From Eukaryota sp. TZLM1-RC (taxonomy: Eukaryota > Protista > Metamonada: BaSk clade), in NCBI GenBank assembly GCA_040285825.1, contig JAUPSS010000003.1:496001-560000 (forward strand): a DNA stretch of 64,000 bases. The letters run 5' to 3'. Within the stretch, counting starts at the first letter, position 1. Every line of letters starts with the position of its first letter. Shown here in pieces: positions 10,957 through 22,239 of the stretch. Position numbers and translations under genes: made by a program. The notes beneath the pieces were generated by a model. That model did not search any database. It was not told the DNA's origin and saw only the letters and a program-made list of their open reading frames with translations.

Positions 10957-13875
10957 ATGGAGCTTCCGGTGTCAGTGTATGATCCTTCTACTTCATGGAA
11001 CCTTGTCTCTTCTATCTTTAAATCCCTTTCTCCTATATCTAGTTTAACAACATCGTTTCAGCAGTTACCATATCAAACAAACCCTGTTCCTCTTTGCTTC
11101 ATACCATTCGACATTGATGTGTTTTACTCTACAAGCGAACCTTTCAGTCTTTCAAGGCAGCCTTTAGTCAGCTTCTGTGTATACACTCTGCAAACACAAG
11201 CAGACTTAACTAAGTGGTTAACTTCTGTGTCTGGAGTTGCAGAACCTTTAGTAGTAATTCCAGTTTCAAACTCGAAGAAAATGCCAAAAATTGAAAGGAA
11301 ACAGCTCAAAAAAGTGATTGATTCTCTAAAAAATGATTATAGGATCATAACTGATGCCAGAATTTCCATTATTGACCATCAAAATGATCATTCTCAAAGT
11401 TTAGGCTCAACTTTAACTAGTTTGTTTGCCAATTCTCTTTCATTTAGATTGAATAAGCTTTACTCAATTTGGAACCTGTACACGAATCAGGTTGTTAATG
11501 AAAATCTTAGTCCAATGTCTTTGTTCAGAAGCTCTTCAGCTCTGAGTAGTACATTGAATAACTTTGGTCTAAGGTGGAAGTCAATGGAAGTTTGGTCGGA
11601 AAATTTGGAGTTTGTGACCAAAAATTCATTATTTGATAGGATTTCCACATTTGTCAATCTTAACATTGATTTCACTTCATTTTCTGCAATTAATTATACC
11701 AATAGAATTGAGTTTCTCACCAGCAAAGTTGAACAAAAATCAGTTTTAGCGTCTAGGTTATCGGTAATTAGGGTTGCTCTTTCTATGGGATTTAATTTGC
11801 TTAATGGAAGTGATTGTGATCAGAATTTGATTGATTCTTTTAGTCAGTTTTTAACCTATATAATTGACAGTTTGCCCTTTCTTCTATGTATGTCTAGTCA
11901 AGAAAAATTCGTATTTTCTATTTTATGGATAGTATTTACTATTCTAGAATTACATTTCAGATTTAATTCAATCAAGGCCGTTTTTACCGAGAATTTCCTA
12001 AAAACACAACTTAAACTCAATACGATCGGCAGGGATTTGACAGGCTTGGTGCTTCTGCTTATTGGAAAAGATGTGAAGAACTTAAATCTATATTTTAATA
12101 TCAATGTCATGTTCAAAAAAGTTGAGAAATGTTTTTCAGGTGATTTCGGTGAATATTTCGCTGAATTTATTCAAAAATTCGCCGATAATTTTGAATTTTT
12201 GAAATCTGGATATTTCGACTTTCAAGATGATGTTGGAACGTTATTCAATCAATTTTTTAATCATTTTATCCATGAAGTGGCAAACAAAGCTAGTAATAAT
12301 TCCAAGCTATTTTACTTTTACCAATGTCATCAATCCAAAGAGAATTTATTAACTCTAATCGAGAGATTTGCTGTTGATAAATTTTACACAATTTGCTCCT
12401 ATTTGTTTTCAATTCTTTTTAACAAATTCACCCTTTCTGCCAAGGAATTTGAACATTTAGTCCCTTATTTATTTAAGTTGAGGTGTTCTTTAAGTTGTAT
12501 TAGCCAACCTCGCCTAGATGATGAATCAAGTGTTGTTTTTCCCTTGACTTCTAGTCTATTGCCTGTGAATGAAGTTTCAGTTGATAATAACTTTATCTTT
12601 GTAAAGGTCTGTTCAGCCTCCGTTCACCCTTTTATTTCTCATGTGTTTTCAAATTTCGTTTGTGCATTTACTCTCACGGTGTATGTCAATGATAACGAAA
12701 TTCCTTTGATGATAACGAACTCAATGGAAAAGGTAACGGACTATTTCCTATTAAAGTTTGACCTCTCTTTTCTATCAATTCCTTCTCATCGTTCTACTTG
12801 TTCCACTAAGAGCTTGATGTTTAAGTTTTCTTCTGTGGGTTTTATTCTTCATTTCAATACCCCATTAAAATTTAGTTCTATTAACCACTCAATTGTTGAG
12901 ATTTCCGCAGAACAGCCATGTTGTGTACTGATTGTTGACACTGTCTCTCCTTTAAAAATAAACTTAACAACCAGAAAAAAGCTATTTGATTCAAAGTTAA
13001 TTTTGAAGTTTCCCTCGTCTCTAGATCAGCAAGAAGTGATTCTTCATGATGTCAAGTGTAACATGTTAGATTTTACTTTCAAAAACACCAACGGTTGCTC
13101 AGAAATCTTTTTTGGTTCTGCACTGGATGTTGGAAGCTTTGAAGTATTGTTGCTTGTCAAGTGCAAAAAGGACATTTCTGGACCCATTTATATCGATTTT
13201 GCTTACTTTCAGAGTGTGTGCGACTCCAAGCAAAGCTTTTTCCCCTTTGAATTATCAATTTTACCAATTATTCCCTTTTCAGTTTCATCTTTTTTTAAGG
13301 AGGTGCCAAACAATCGCACAGGTTTGTTGGTGGAGATCCAATCAAAAATTCCAATACCAGTCAATTTACGTGATGTTTCTATCTTTGACAACCACAGACG
13401 AATTCATCTGATATCAGACTGTATTTGGTTGCACGAAAGGGACAATGTTCTCTCGAAATTTCATTTGTTTGATGAGCAATTGATTTCCAGAAAGGACATG
13501 TTTCTTCAACTTGATTACACACCAAAATGTGACTTTCCTGAGTTTGTAATGACATCATCTTTTTCTTTAAATGATAGCCTTGAACACAGAACAGCTGGAC
13601 AGATGAGCTATTCTTCACAGTGTCAACGAGGTAAAGTTTTTGTTGTGAAATTTGAAACAGAGTCGAAATTCTGTTTAAATGTTCGTCTTAATTCTCATTG
13701 GAGGAGTTTAGACGCTAATTTGATTGATGATTTTGAAATCACTGAAAACTCTCTTCCATTACTTCCTGTATCTTCTGGGTTGATTCCCCTTCCTAGGTTC
13801 TATTTGAAGGTAGAGGGGTCTGACAGTTTGGAAGTTGAAGGTTCTGGTGACTTGGTATTGGTCAATGAGTCGTAG
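10957..13875 (+). CDS. Probable TRAPP II subunit TRAPPC10/Trs130-like protein
   Basis: Intact ~972 aa ORF from ATG 10957. N-terminal VSVYDPSTSWNLVSSIFKSLSPI and C-terminal LLPVSSGLIPLP resemble TRAPPC10 termini. Identity recognised from motifs only. Confidence 0.5.
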   Translation: MELPVSVYDPSTSWNLVSSIFKSLSPISSLTTSFQQLPYQTNPVPLCFIPFDIDVFYSTSEPFSLSRQPLVSFCVYTLQTQADLTKWLTSVSGVAEPLVVIPVSNSKKMPKIERKQLKKVIDSLKNDYRIITDARISIIDHQNDHSQSLGSTLTSLFANSLSFRLNKLYSIWNLYTNQVVNENLSPMSLFRSSSALSSTLNNFGLRWKSMEVWSENLEFVTKNSLFDRISTFVNLNIDFTSFSAINYTNRIEFLTSKVEQKSVLASRLSVIRVALSMGFNLLNGSDCDQNLIDSFSQFLTYIIDSLPFLLCMSSQEKFVFSILWIVFTILELHFRFNSIKAVFTENFLKTQLKLNTIGRDLTGLVLLLIGKDVKNLNLYFNINVMFKKVEKCFSGDFGEYFAEFIQKFADNFEFLKSGYFDFQDDVGTLFNQFFNHFIHEVANKASNNSKLFYFYQCHQSKENLLTLIERFAVDKFYTICSYLFSILFNKFTLSAKEFEHLVPYLFKLRCSLSCISQPRLDDESSVVFPLTSSLLPVNEVSVDNNFIFVKVCSASVHPFISHVFSNFVCAFTLTVYVNDNEIPLMITNSMEKVTDYFLLKFDLSFLSIPSHRSTCSTKSLMFKFSSVGFILHFNTPLKFSSINHSIVEISAEQPCCVLIVDTVSPLKINLTTRKKLFDSKLILKFPSSLDQQEVILHDVKCNMLDFTFKNTNGCSEIFFGSALDVGSFEVLLLVKCKKDISGPIYIDFAYFQSVCDSKQSFFPFELSILPIIPFSVSSFFKEVPNNRTGLLVEIQSKIPIPVNLRDVSIFDNHRRIHLISDCIWLHERDNVLSKFHLFDEQLISRKDMFLQLDYTPKCDFPEFVMTSSFSLNDSLEHRTAGQMSYSSQCQRGKVFVVKFETESKFCLNVRLNSHWRSLDANLIDDFEITENSLPLLPVSSGLIPLPRFYLKVEGSDSLEVEGSGDLVLVNES

Positions 13876-14886
13876 AGTTCCTTTTCCCATCCATTTCTTC
13901 CATCCTTTGTCAAGTTGTTTATCTTTTTTATTAAACTAACCTTGTAATTATTTCTTTTATTACTTTGAGCTGTTACTTCTCAGTTTTTCAGTGAATGAAT
14001 AAATTTGCGATTTATGTATGAATTTTAATAAGAAACCATCTAAACCTTTCATGCACATATAGTGTGTACCGCTGCTCTTACTATCAATTGACCCTACTAT
14101 CACTACTTGCATGTGGTGATACATTTAGAGTCTCCCTAACGTCTAACACAATGGCATGAATGGCATACTGAGAATTAGAAAAGCTTGTTAAATGAAATTT
14201 TTAAATAATGTTTTATTGAACTACATTACTTAACAAAATAAACTCAGAAGTAATGGTACTCAATTAATTGAACCAAGATTTGCTCTACAAAAGCTTAGTC
14301 TGTTTATTTTCTTGCCATTGAATGAAATTTACAATCATAAAGTTGATTTATTATAAATTACTTTCTGGTTTGACATTTAACTAGGGGGTGTTTTCAGTCA
14401 AAATAGACCTATTCGCTCCAACAAAATATCCAAGTTTGCTGAGGCAGAGAAGGCTTCTGAATGTTGATACTAAATTATCCTTGCAGTTTACCTTGATTAC
14501 TTAACCGTTGTTTACTTTGAAATCATGATTTCCCTTTTCCTTTTTTCAATAACAGTTTTTGTTTTAGTATAAATTATGTATAAGTTGTATGAATTTCAAT
14601 TAAACTAAGAACAAAATCTACATATGACAAAACAAAGAAGTCATTGATCTCAGTCTACTTAATCGCTCATCCATGCGAATAAGTAATGGTGAATGAAACA
14701 GAGCTAAATTCTATTCTTATATTCACAAAAATAAGCCGATCACCTCCGGGTGGTTGAGTTTAGCCTGGTAATTTAGGTTGAAGTGGTGGTAAGTGACATT
14801 CAAATGACATTTCCAAAAAGGAGTGCATTTCCAATGAAACCAATAGACAATTGCTTCGCTTTTTGGAAAATATGTGTAACTATTGA

Positions 14887-14969
14887 TTGAGATGGTTTCT
14901 GATGCTCTGTTTTCCTTTGAATCTCTCTTTCAGAGAGTTGCATTTAGTTGTTTTGTTTTGGGAGAGATG
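14887..14969 (+). mobile_element. Short 3'-terminal fragment of the CRE-like retrotransposon
   Basis: gatggtttctgatgct...gagagttgcat...gttttgggagagatg matches ~30650-30730. Confidence 0.75.
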
Positions 14970-14979
14970 CCAATATAAA

Positions 14980-16623
14980 AAACCATCAGAAAAAGGCGAG
15001 CTGATGTATTGAGCACACTGTTAAACCGTGTAAAAACACTTTTCAACAAGAATCCGCTGAGTCGACACAAATACGCTTTGATTGATAATGAAAATTTGAT
15101 GTTATATAAAAAGCTCAGTGATGAGGATGAATTAATTGTGGTCATTTCTGCAAGAGAACATTCCATCTCTTACTGTCAATCTACAAGATAGATTGTTGTA
15201 AAATTTGCTTCTTCTATTTACACTCGAGAACAGATTGAATTAAATCTTTGTTTTTGCGATCATGTAGAAAAGTCAACAAGCAGAAAAAAATAATTAATTT
15301 AATATGAATTTTCGTATTCCCTCTTATATCAGAACTGACAAGACAAGCTTATTGAACTTGTACTTTGCCGAATTCAAAAACATTCTAGGTAAAAAGTAGT
15401 CTTATCAATTTATTAATCAAGCTGCTGAATTGGTTTTATGGAAAACCTTTTTGAAAATGGACGAGATCAAAAACACGAAACTTTATTCAGAATATTCAAT
15501 GTACATCATGTCTAGCTTCAAGACTGATCGAGTAGCAGTAGCAGTTCATTCAATCTAGCATTGACTTGAAAAAATACAAAATAACTACAAAAGAATTCAA
15601 AGAAAAAAGAAAAATAAATTGATGACCCCAGCATTAATCCTTCTAAATTTCAAGATGTGGCTCTTGCTGCTGTTGATCCAGGGAAATCTGATCTACTCTA
15701 TTTTTCTGCCAATTTAGCCACTGGAATGACGCATTCAAAAAAACCTGAGAGAGATAAATATGTTATTTTGAGGTACACTCAAAATTAGAGAAAACTTGAT
15801 TCGAAAAGTTTCAAATTCAAAAGAATAAGAAACAGCATATGGAATGACACTCTTATCACAATAGGTAACTCTACTGGTAGAGTGATTGCTCTATCCAATT
15901 GTGAACTATCTGAAGAGCAACAACAAAGAATGGATTTAAACAGCAGTAAAATTAATCAAATGACTGAAAGAACAATTAGTTTATTAAGAGGGAAAGTACC
16001 TCAAGAAATCAAATATTACATTTATGGAGTATATTAAACAAAAGAATTTTGTGAATTGTATTGTTGGTGAGGTCTATCATCAAAAAAATATTTAGGAAAC
16101 TAAATGGTGGGCTGAGATTAATCGCACAAGATCTGAGGCAAAAATGATTCAGTGCTTCAAATAAGTTATTGGTGATACCAGCAAAGTAGTTATTGGAATC
16201 GGAGACTGGGACCAGCGAAAACACATGAAATTCAAAAAACCTACCAAAGGAAAAGATTTGAGAATTTAATTTAAAGGTTGGCCATAAGGTCTTTTTAATT
16301 GATGAGTTCCGAACCAGTTGCTGTTGTGTCAACTGTAAGAAAGCGGAGAAAACAGTTGAAATGCTCAGATGTTGTAGAAATTCCATGCCATAAAAAAAGG
16401 AACGAGATGTCTAATGGTCACGGGCTTACCATGTGTGAATCATGCGAAAGTTTGTGGAATAGAGATCGAGATGCTTCGCTGAATATGTTGGCAGTGATGG
16501 AAGCACATGTAAAAGGTGGAGATAGACCGGAATACCTGCAGAGAGCCGATGTTGTTGGAGGTTCAAAAAAATGGTATTAAGAAGAAAACTCCAAAACTCA
16601 GTCCCTCAGGTATAGAAAAGGAC
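14980..16623 (+). mobile_element. Fanzor1 family B copy 1, pseudogenised; all three RuvC acidic residues retained
   Basis: IPSYIRTDKTSLL; SFKTDRVAV; RuvC-I LAAVDPGKSDLLY (Asp 15675); LRYTQN; IGIGDW; RuvC-II FLIDEFRTSCCC (Glu 16304); CESC; RuvC-III WNRDRDASLNM (Asp 16464); GGDRPEYLQR. Several stops and frameshifts. Homologous to 35477-37010. Confidence 0.88.
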
Positions 16624-16640
16624 TGACAATATCTAAAAGA

Positions 16641-19600
16641 ATGACCACCCCTCAACCTTATGATGGCCATGTTGAACCTCATGTCGACTCCTACAACTTC
16701 TTTTTGAATAAAGCTCTACATCTTATTCCGAAACTTCTTACTCCATTAGAATTTGAACTTACAAGTTATTCCAACATTAAGTTAAGGATAGATTCCATCA
16801 ACATTCATGAACCTAGTAGACCTGCATCTTCCGATGCCCTAACCTCCTCACTCTTCCCCCGTGATGCCCGTGAAGGAGGAGTTACTTATGGAGGTATTCT
16901 AGAGGTAGACCTCACCTACCAAATCCAAGATCTTCCACCAGAACGCATCTCCCGAAGACTCGGTGTCTGGCCTATCATGCTGCGGTCCTCTCTTTGTCAC
17001 CTATCCAAGCTTGATTCGAAAGCCCTCTGTAAAGCGAAAGAAACCCTCCATGAACCTGGTGGTTATTTTATCATCAACGGTCTGGAGAGACTGATCCGTT
17101 TACTTATTCTTCCCCGTCGCCATTTCCCTCTTGCAATGACTCGCTCCTCCTGGGTCAACAGGGGTCCTCGGTACACTGCTTACGGAGTGTCGATGAGGTG
17201 CGTCTTAGAAGATGAGTCTTCATTGACAAATGTGCTTCATTACCTAGATGATGGTACTATTACTTTGAGATTCAATATTAATAGGGCTGAGTACTTTGTT
17301 TCATTGGCAATTATTCTTCGTGCTTTAATACAGTTGTCAGATCGCAAAATTTTCGACATTGCAGTAAATAGAGCTCATCCAAATGATACTGATTTTGTTA
17401 TTGAACGAATGGAACTCTTGCTCCAAGGGAACCAAAATCTTTCACTTTATAACTCCCAAGATGCCAAAGCTTTTCTAGGCAGACGGTTCAGAACAGTTCT
17501 GGAACTCCCAAAGTCTTGGAAGGACGTTGAGGTTGGTGGTTATGTATTGGAGAATTTCATTTTGGTTCATTTGGGTTCATTTGTTGAAAAGTTTTCTATT
17601 TTGATGGAGATGTTGCGAAAACTGTATGCACTTGTCAATGGAACAATTCTGCCGGATAATGGTGACGCAACTTCTTTTCACGAATTACTCTTACCTGGAC
17701 ACCTTGCAAGTATGGTCTTAAGAGAGTCATTAATCAATTGGATGAAGGGAATAAGAAGAGCTATCGAAAGAGAGGAGAATTTACACCCGGAAACCTTCAC
17801 AATTGATCACGTCACCATTAAAAAATGCGTTGACCGTGCTCCCGGTGACTTTGGTAGAAAATTTGAATATTTATTGTCTACTGGTAACCTCAGATCAGAC
17901 ACTGGATTGGATTTAATGCAACAGGCAGGTTTTTCAATTGTTGCTGAAAGACTTAATCAATTGAGATTTCTTTCCCATTTCAGGTCAGTACATAGAGGAC
18001 AATTCTTTACTGAAATGAAGACAACCTCTGTTAGGAAGCTTTTACCAGAATCTTGGGGTTTTCTCTGCCCCGTTCACACTCCTGATGGCTCTCCCTGTGG
18101 GCTTTTGTTACATTTGGCTATAGACTGTAAGGTATCTACTGAACGTGTCAAACGAGATGTCATGATCCCTTTTCTCATTGGTTTGGGAATGATGACTAAT
18201 GATGTGCTGACAGTTTTGCCCCCTAAAAGACCTTGGTTGCCTGTTGTTCTGGATGGTTCTCATGTTGGATTTGTGCAAGAATCACTTATGATGGACTTTA
18301 CAACCAATTTAAGAAGATTAAAAGTTTCGAAATTAATTCCTGAAACTACAGAAATCGCCTGTGTTACCCCAGATACCCTCAAAGTTGACCCAGGTGTTTA
18401 TCTTTTCACCACTCCCTCTAGATTTGTTCGAAAAGTTTATAATAATAATGTGAATAATTATGAATATTTGGGTTCGTTTGAACAGGCATATCTGTCAGTC
18501 GGTTTGGAACCTGGAGCAAATCATTCTCACACTGAACTTAAAAACACCTCTTTTCTGTCCTTTGTTGCAAGACTCACTCCCTTTTCTGATTTCAACCAGT
18601 CACCACGTAACATGTACCAGTGTCAAATGGCCAAGCAGTCGATGGCCACTCCAGTATTGAACTACCTCCACAGGGTTGATAATAAACTTTATAGACTGCT
18701 TTTCCCTGCTAGACCCTTGGTTCGTACAAAGGATCATGATTCTTATTCTCTTTACGACTATCCTGGTGGGTTTAATGCAGTAGTTGCTGTTTTAGCCCAC
18801 ACAGGTTATTCAATGGAAGATGCTTGCATTATCAATGAATCAAGCTACAATAGGGGTCTAGCACACGGGTCGGTGTACACAACAATGGAAATCGATCTTG
18901 GAGCTTTTGATTCTCGTCCTAATGAAGTACGTCATGTTTTTTCCAACGTTCCAATAGCTGCCAGTGGTGCATTAGGGTCAACTTTACCTCAACTAACCGA
19001 AGATGGAAGGTTCATAGCAGATCTAGAAGCTGATGGCATTATTTCTTCAGGGGTCAAGCTTACACGTGGCAGTGTGTTGGCAGTTTCTGTGGATACTCTA
19101 TCAGGCAAACCAAAGATACATCGATACAAAAAAGATGAAGATTGCATTGTTGATTCAGTCACTCTTGTAGGAGCCCTTGGTCATTCCAATGCCACGACTG
19201 GGGGATCTGGCCAGTCAAAGAAGAACGCATCGTCAATGTTCAGTGGTCCTTTAAGAAAGATTACTCTGAAGCTTCGGTACTCCCGTAATCCAATGGTTGG
19301 GGATAAGTTTTCCTCTAGGCATGGACAAAAGGGTGTTACTTCTCTACTATGGCCTCAAGAAGATATGCCCTTCACTGCTGATGGGATCTCCCCTGACATT
19401 ATCATCAATCCCCATGCTTTTCCATCAAGAATGACCATTGGTATGTTGATTGAGTCAATGGCTGGTAAGAGTGGTTGCTTGCATGGTGTTTATCAGGACG
19501 GAACACCTTTCCAGTTTTCGGAAGATCAATCGGCTATTGATTTTTTTGGAAACCAACTTGCAGCCCTAGGATATGAATTTTATGGACAAGAAACAATGTA

Positions 19601-20036
19601 TTGTGGGCTTACTGGAAATGAATTTTCCGTTCGAATTTTTATTGGAGTTGTACACTATCAACGTCTACGTCATATGGTCAGTGATAAGTTCCAGGTGAGA
19701 GCCACTGGTCCAATCAATCAGGTCACAAGACAACCAGTGAAGGGTAGGAAAGTGGGGGGTGGTATTAGGTTTGGGGAAATGGAAAGAGATGCCTTTATTG
19801 CTCACTCCAGTGCTTTCCTTTTACAAGATCGATTACTTAATTGTTCTGATCGTCATTTTGGTTTTGTTTGTAATGACTGTGGGTCTTTGATATCTTGTGT
19901 TCCAAGAGATGGAAAACTTGAATGCAAGCAGTGTGGTTCTTCTCTCATTAGTAGGGTTCGGATTCCATTTGTTTTCCAGTATTTAGTTGCAGAGCTTGCT
20001 GCGATGAATATTAAATTAACTTTGGGGGTTAAATAG
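16641..20036 (+). CDS. RPA2: DNA-directed RNA polymerase I second-largest subunit
   Basis: 1131 aa. RSVHRGQFFTEMKTTSVRKLLPESWGFLCPVHTPDG, NQSPRNMYQCQMAKQ, GDKFSSRHGQKG, YQRLRHMVSDKFQVR, ELAAMNI are Pol I-type motifs. Confidence 0.97.
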   Translation: MTTPQPYDGHVEPHVDSYNFFLNKALHLIPKLLTPLEFELTSYSNIKLRIDSINIHEPSRPASSDALTSSLFPRDAREGGVTYGGILEVDLTYQIQDLPPERISRRLGVWPIMLRSSLCHLSKLDSKALCKAKETLHEPGGYFIINGLERLIRLLILPRRHFPLAMTRSSWVNRGPRYTAYGVSMRCVLEDESSLTNVLHYLDDGTITLRFNINRAEYFVSLAIILRALIQLSDRKIFDIAVNRAHPNDTDFVIERMELLLQGNQNLSLYNSQDAKAFLGRRFRTVLELPKSWKDVEVGGYVLENFILVHLGSFVEKFSILMEMLRKLYALVNGTILPDNGDATSFHELLLPGHLASMVLRESLINWMKGIRRAIEREENLHPETFTIDHVTIKKCVDRAPGDFGRKFEYLLSTGNLRSDTGLDLMQQAGFSIVAERLNQLRFLSHFRSVHRGQFFTEMKTTSVRKLLPESWGFLCPVHTPDGSPCGLLLHLAIDCKVSTERVKRDVMIPFLIGLGMMTNDVLTVLPPKRPWLPVVLDGSHVGFVQESLMMDFTTNLRRLKVSKLIPETTEIACVTPDTLKVDPGVYLFTTPSRFVRKVYNNNVNNYEYLGSFEQAYLSVGLEPGANHSHTELKNTSFLSFVARLTPFSDFNQSPRNMYQCQMAKQSMATPVLNYLHRVDNKLYRLLFPARPLVRTKDHDSYSLYDYPGGFNAVVAVLAHTGYSMEDACIINESSYNRGLAHGSVYTTMEIDLGAFDSRPNEVRHVFSNVPIAASGALGSTLPQLTEDGRFIADLEADGIISSGVKLTRGSVLAVSVDTLSGKPKIHRYKKDEDCIVDSVTLVGALGHSNATTGGSGQSKKNASSMFSGPLRKITLKLRYSRNPMVGDKFSSRHGQKGVTSLLWPQEDMPFTADGISPDIIINPHAFPSRMTIGMLIESMAGKSGCLHGVYQDGTPFQFSEDQSAIDFFGNQLAALGYEFYGQETMYCGLTGNEFSVRIFIGVVHYQRLRHMVSDKFQVRATGPINQVTRQPVKGRKVGGGIRFGEMERDAFIAHSSAFLLQDRLLNCSDRHFGFVCNDCGSLISCVPRDGKLECKQCGSSLISRVRIPFVFQYLVAELAAMNIKLTLGVK

Positions 20037-20630
20037 TTTTCTAGTTTTAGTTTTAGTAAATTCCTTTAATAATAATATCTTTAAACAAACCTAAATTAAT
20101 ACAAGGTAATAATAAAATTCAATGAATAATAGAACAAAAAATAAAAAAAATGAAAAAAAATGAAAAAAAATTGGCACATACAGTTTAAATGGATGTATTC
20201 AATACCAAGTAGAAATGTAAAGTAGTTTTCAATAAAAGGATTGTGTTTGACCAAAAAAATCAACAATTTATTAAAATTTCTATTGTTTGACAAAAAAATT
20301 GAGAAAATACAAAAACCCTAGTCTCATCACCAGAAACAAACAGAAGCTCAGAACAATTGGTCACTAGTTGGTCTGCAGTGTTTATTTAAAAAAGTTTTTC
20401 ATTGTTAAAAAATGATTTTACATGGTGAAATTTTATTTCTTTTTCCTTTTATTTCAAAGTATAAAACTATTGTACAGACTTATCTCTCTGCAACATCAAT
20501 GGTCGATGATCATTGATGTTCTCCTCCGTGCCTTGCATATGGGAATAAATAATATTGTAGGTATTAATTGCACTATTTGTATCTCTATTCCAGTAGATTC
20601 CACATTCACTGTTTTGACAGAATACACGGA

Positions 20631-22205
20631 TTACTTCTGAGAAGGTGACAGATATTGAGAAAAATCAACTTCAATCCTAGGAACCTGATCCAAAAGAATT
20701 TCACTATAACCTTTTTCAGTATTTTCTTTTGATTCATCAATTGGTGAGCGATCAGTAACCATGAAGGTAGACTTAATCTTTCCTTGAAGACCTTTGACTT
20801 GTTGAGAAAGTCGTTGGTTTTCTTTTCGTAAATCAAGATTTTCCTTAACTTTTTGATTAAACTGCTGCTCACTGATTCCAGTTTCTTTTTCATTTGCCAT
20901 TCTTTCCTCTACTTGCTTTCTTTGTTCTTCCAGTGATTCCCTTTCACTCATCCAATATTGCCTAGCCTGCTCGTAAATCAGTCTATCTTGTTCATGACTG
21001 GCAAGCTCATCTTTTAATGAACTTAAATGGTTTTCAAGCTGATGGAGATCGCAAACTCTTTTCTTGAGTTCTGAATTGGATTGTTTCAGTTCCTTCAGTT
21101 CTAGTAGCTGCCTTTCATTTAACAGTCGTTGATCATAAATTGATTGGTTCATACCCTTAATTTTTTCTTCCAGAGTCTCCACTTTTTGACCTAGTTTTTG
21201 AGCTCTATTTTCTGCCTTCAGTCTGAGAGACTCTGCTAAAAAAATCTCTTTTCTACTAGCATCTAAGCTATTTTTTAACTCCACCACATCATCATTTTGA
21301 TCCTTGGTCACAGGACTTCTCGAGACTCTCAACTTGGCGAGTCTGGATGCTGTTTCAGCTAGCTCATGAGACAAACGAATCGCCTTGGCCTCAGAGTTGC
21401 TGGTAATATTTTCCAATTCTTTGTTCTTTAATTGAAGTGTAACACATTTATTTTGGCTCGACTCGAGCTTGCCGGCAAGAGAGTTTAAGGTTTCCAAAAG
21501 TGTCAAGTTTTCTGCTTCAATGTCATCAATTTTCGACACAAGTTGCTGATTTTCCTGAATGATTGATTGGTTTAGAGCAGTCAACTGATCACTACAAGTC
21601 TTTTGTTGACGGTGAACCGCCAATTCCTGCTGTACTGATTGAAGCTTACCATTCAATTTTGTATTTTCATTTGACAAATTTCTTATTCTGTGCTCATAAC
21701 CCTTCATTTCTGCCAAGATTCCCGACTCTTTGGGGTCTCTTTCTGTGTGATGGGGGTGCTTTGATGCTTCAAGTTGTTGGACGAGGTCTTGCTTTTCCTC
21801 TTCCAATTTTCTGATTTCCTTGGACAATAAACTGTTTTCTGTGGTCAAATCAGACAAGGCCATTGCCAATGAACTTTGGTCCTGTGAAGGAGAGGAAGCC
21901 TGCGATGGAGAAGAAGGAATAACAGGCGAGGACGGTGATGATGAAGGAGTAGAATCGGTATTGGTAGAAGCGTCAGTGGTGATGACAGAAGAATGTGGGG
22001 TGGATTGATCAAATTGAGTAGCTGTTGAAGAAGGGTGATAACATGAATCTAGTTTGTACTGGAGATCATCGTTGTCTCTTTGAAGCATTGTAATTACAGC
22101 ACGTAGAGTATCAAGTGAAGATGTCAGGTCTGATACTTCCATTTCACGAAGAGAAACTTGTGATTGTAAGTCCTCCACTGCGGATCCACAAGTTTCACAG
22201 ACCAT
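20631..22205 (-). CDS. Long coiled-coil protein of unknown function
   Basis: Heptad-rich ORF with an S/P-rich linker. Likely start is MVCETCG at 22205, which avoids overlap with the kinase. Confidence 0.75.
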   Translation of the reverse strand: MVCETCGSAVEDLQSQVSLREMEVSDLTSSLDTLRAVITMLQRDNDDLQYKLDSCYHPSSTATQFDQSTPHSSVITTDASTNTDSTPSSSPSSPVIPSSPSQASSPSQDQSSLAMALSDLTTENSLLSKEIRKLEEEKQDLVQQLEASKHPHHTERDPKESGILAEMKGYEHRIRNLSNENTKLNGKLQSVQQELAVHRQQKTCSDQLTALNQSIIQENQQLVSKIDDIEAENLTLLETLNSLAGKLESSQNKCVTLQLKNKELENITSNSEAKAIRLSHELAETASRLAKLRVSRSPVTKDQNDDVVELKNSLDASRKEIFLAESLRLKAENRAQKLGQKVETLEEKIKGMNQSIYDQRLLNERQLLELKELKQSNSELKKRVCDLHQLENHLSSLKDELASHEQDRLIYEQARQYWMSERESLEEQRKQVEERMANEKETGISEQQFNQKVKENLDLRKENQRLSQQVKGLQGKIKSTFMVTDRSPIDESKENTEKGYSEILLDQVPRIEVDFSQYLSPSQK

Positions 22206-22239
22206 CAGGAATTGAACAAGGTAGAGTTGGAGGATAAAT

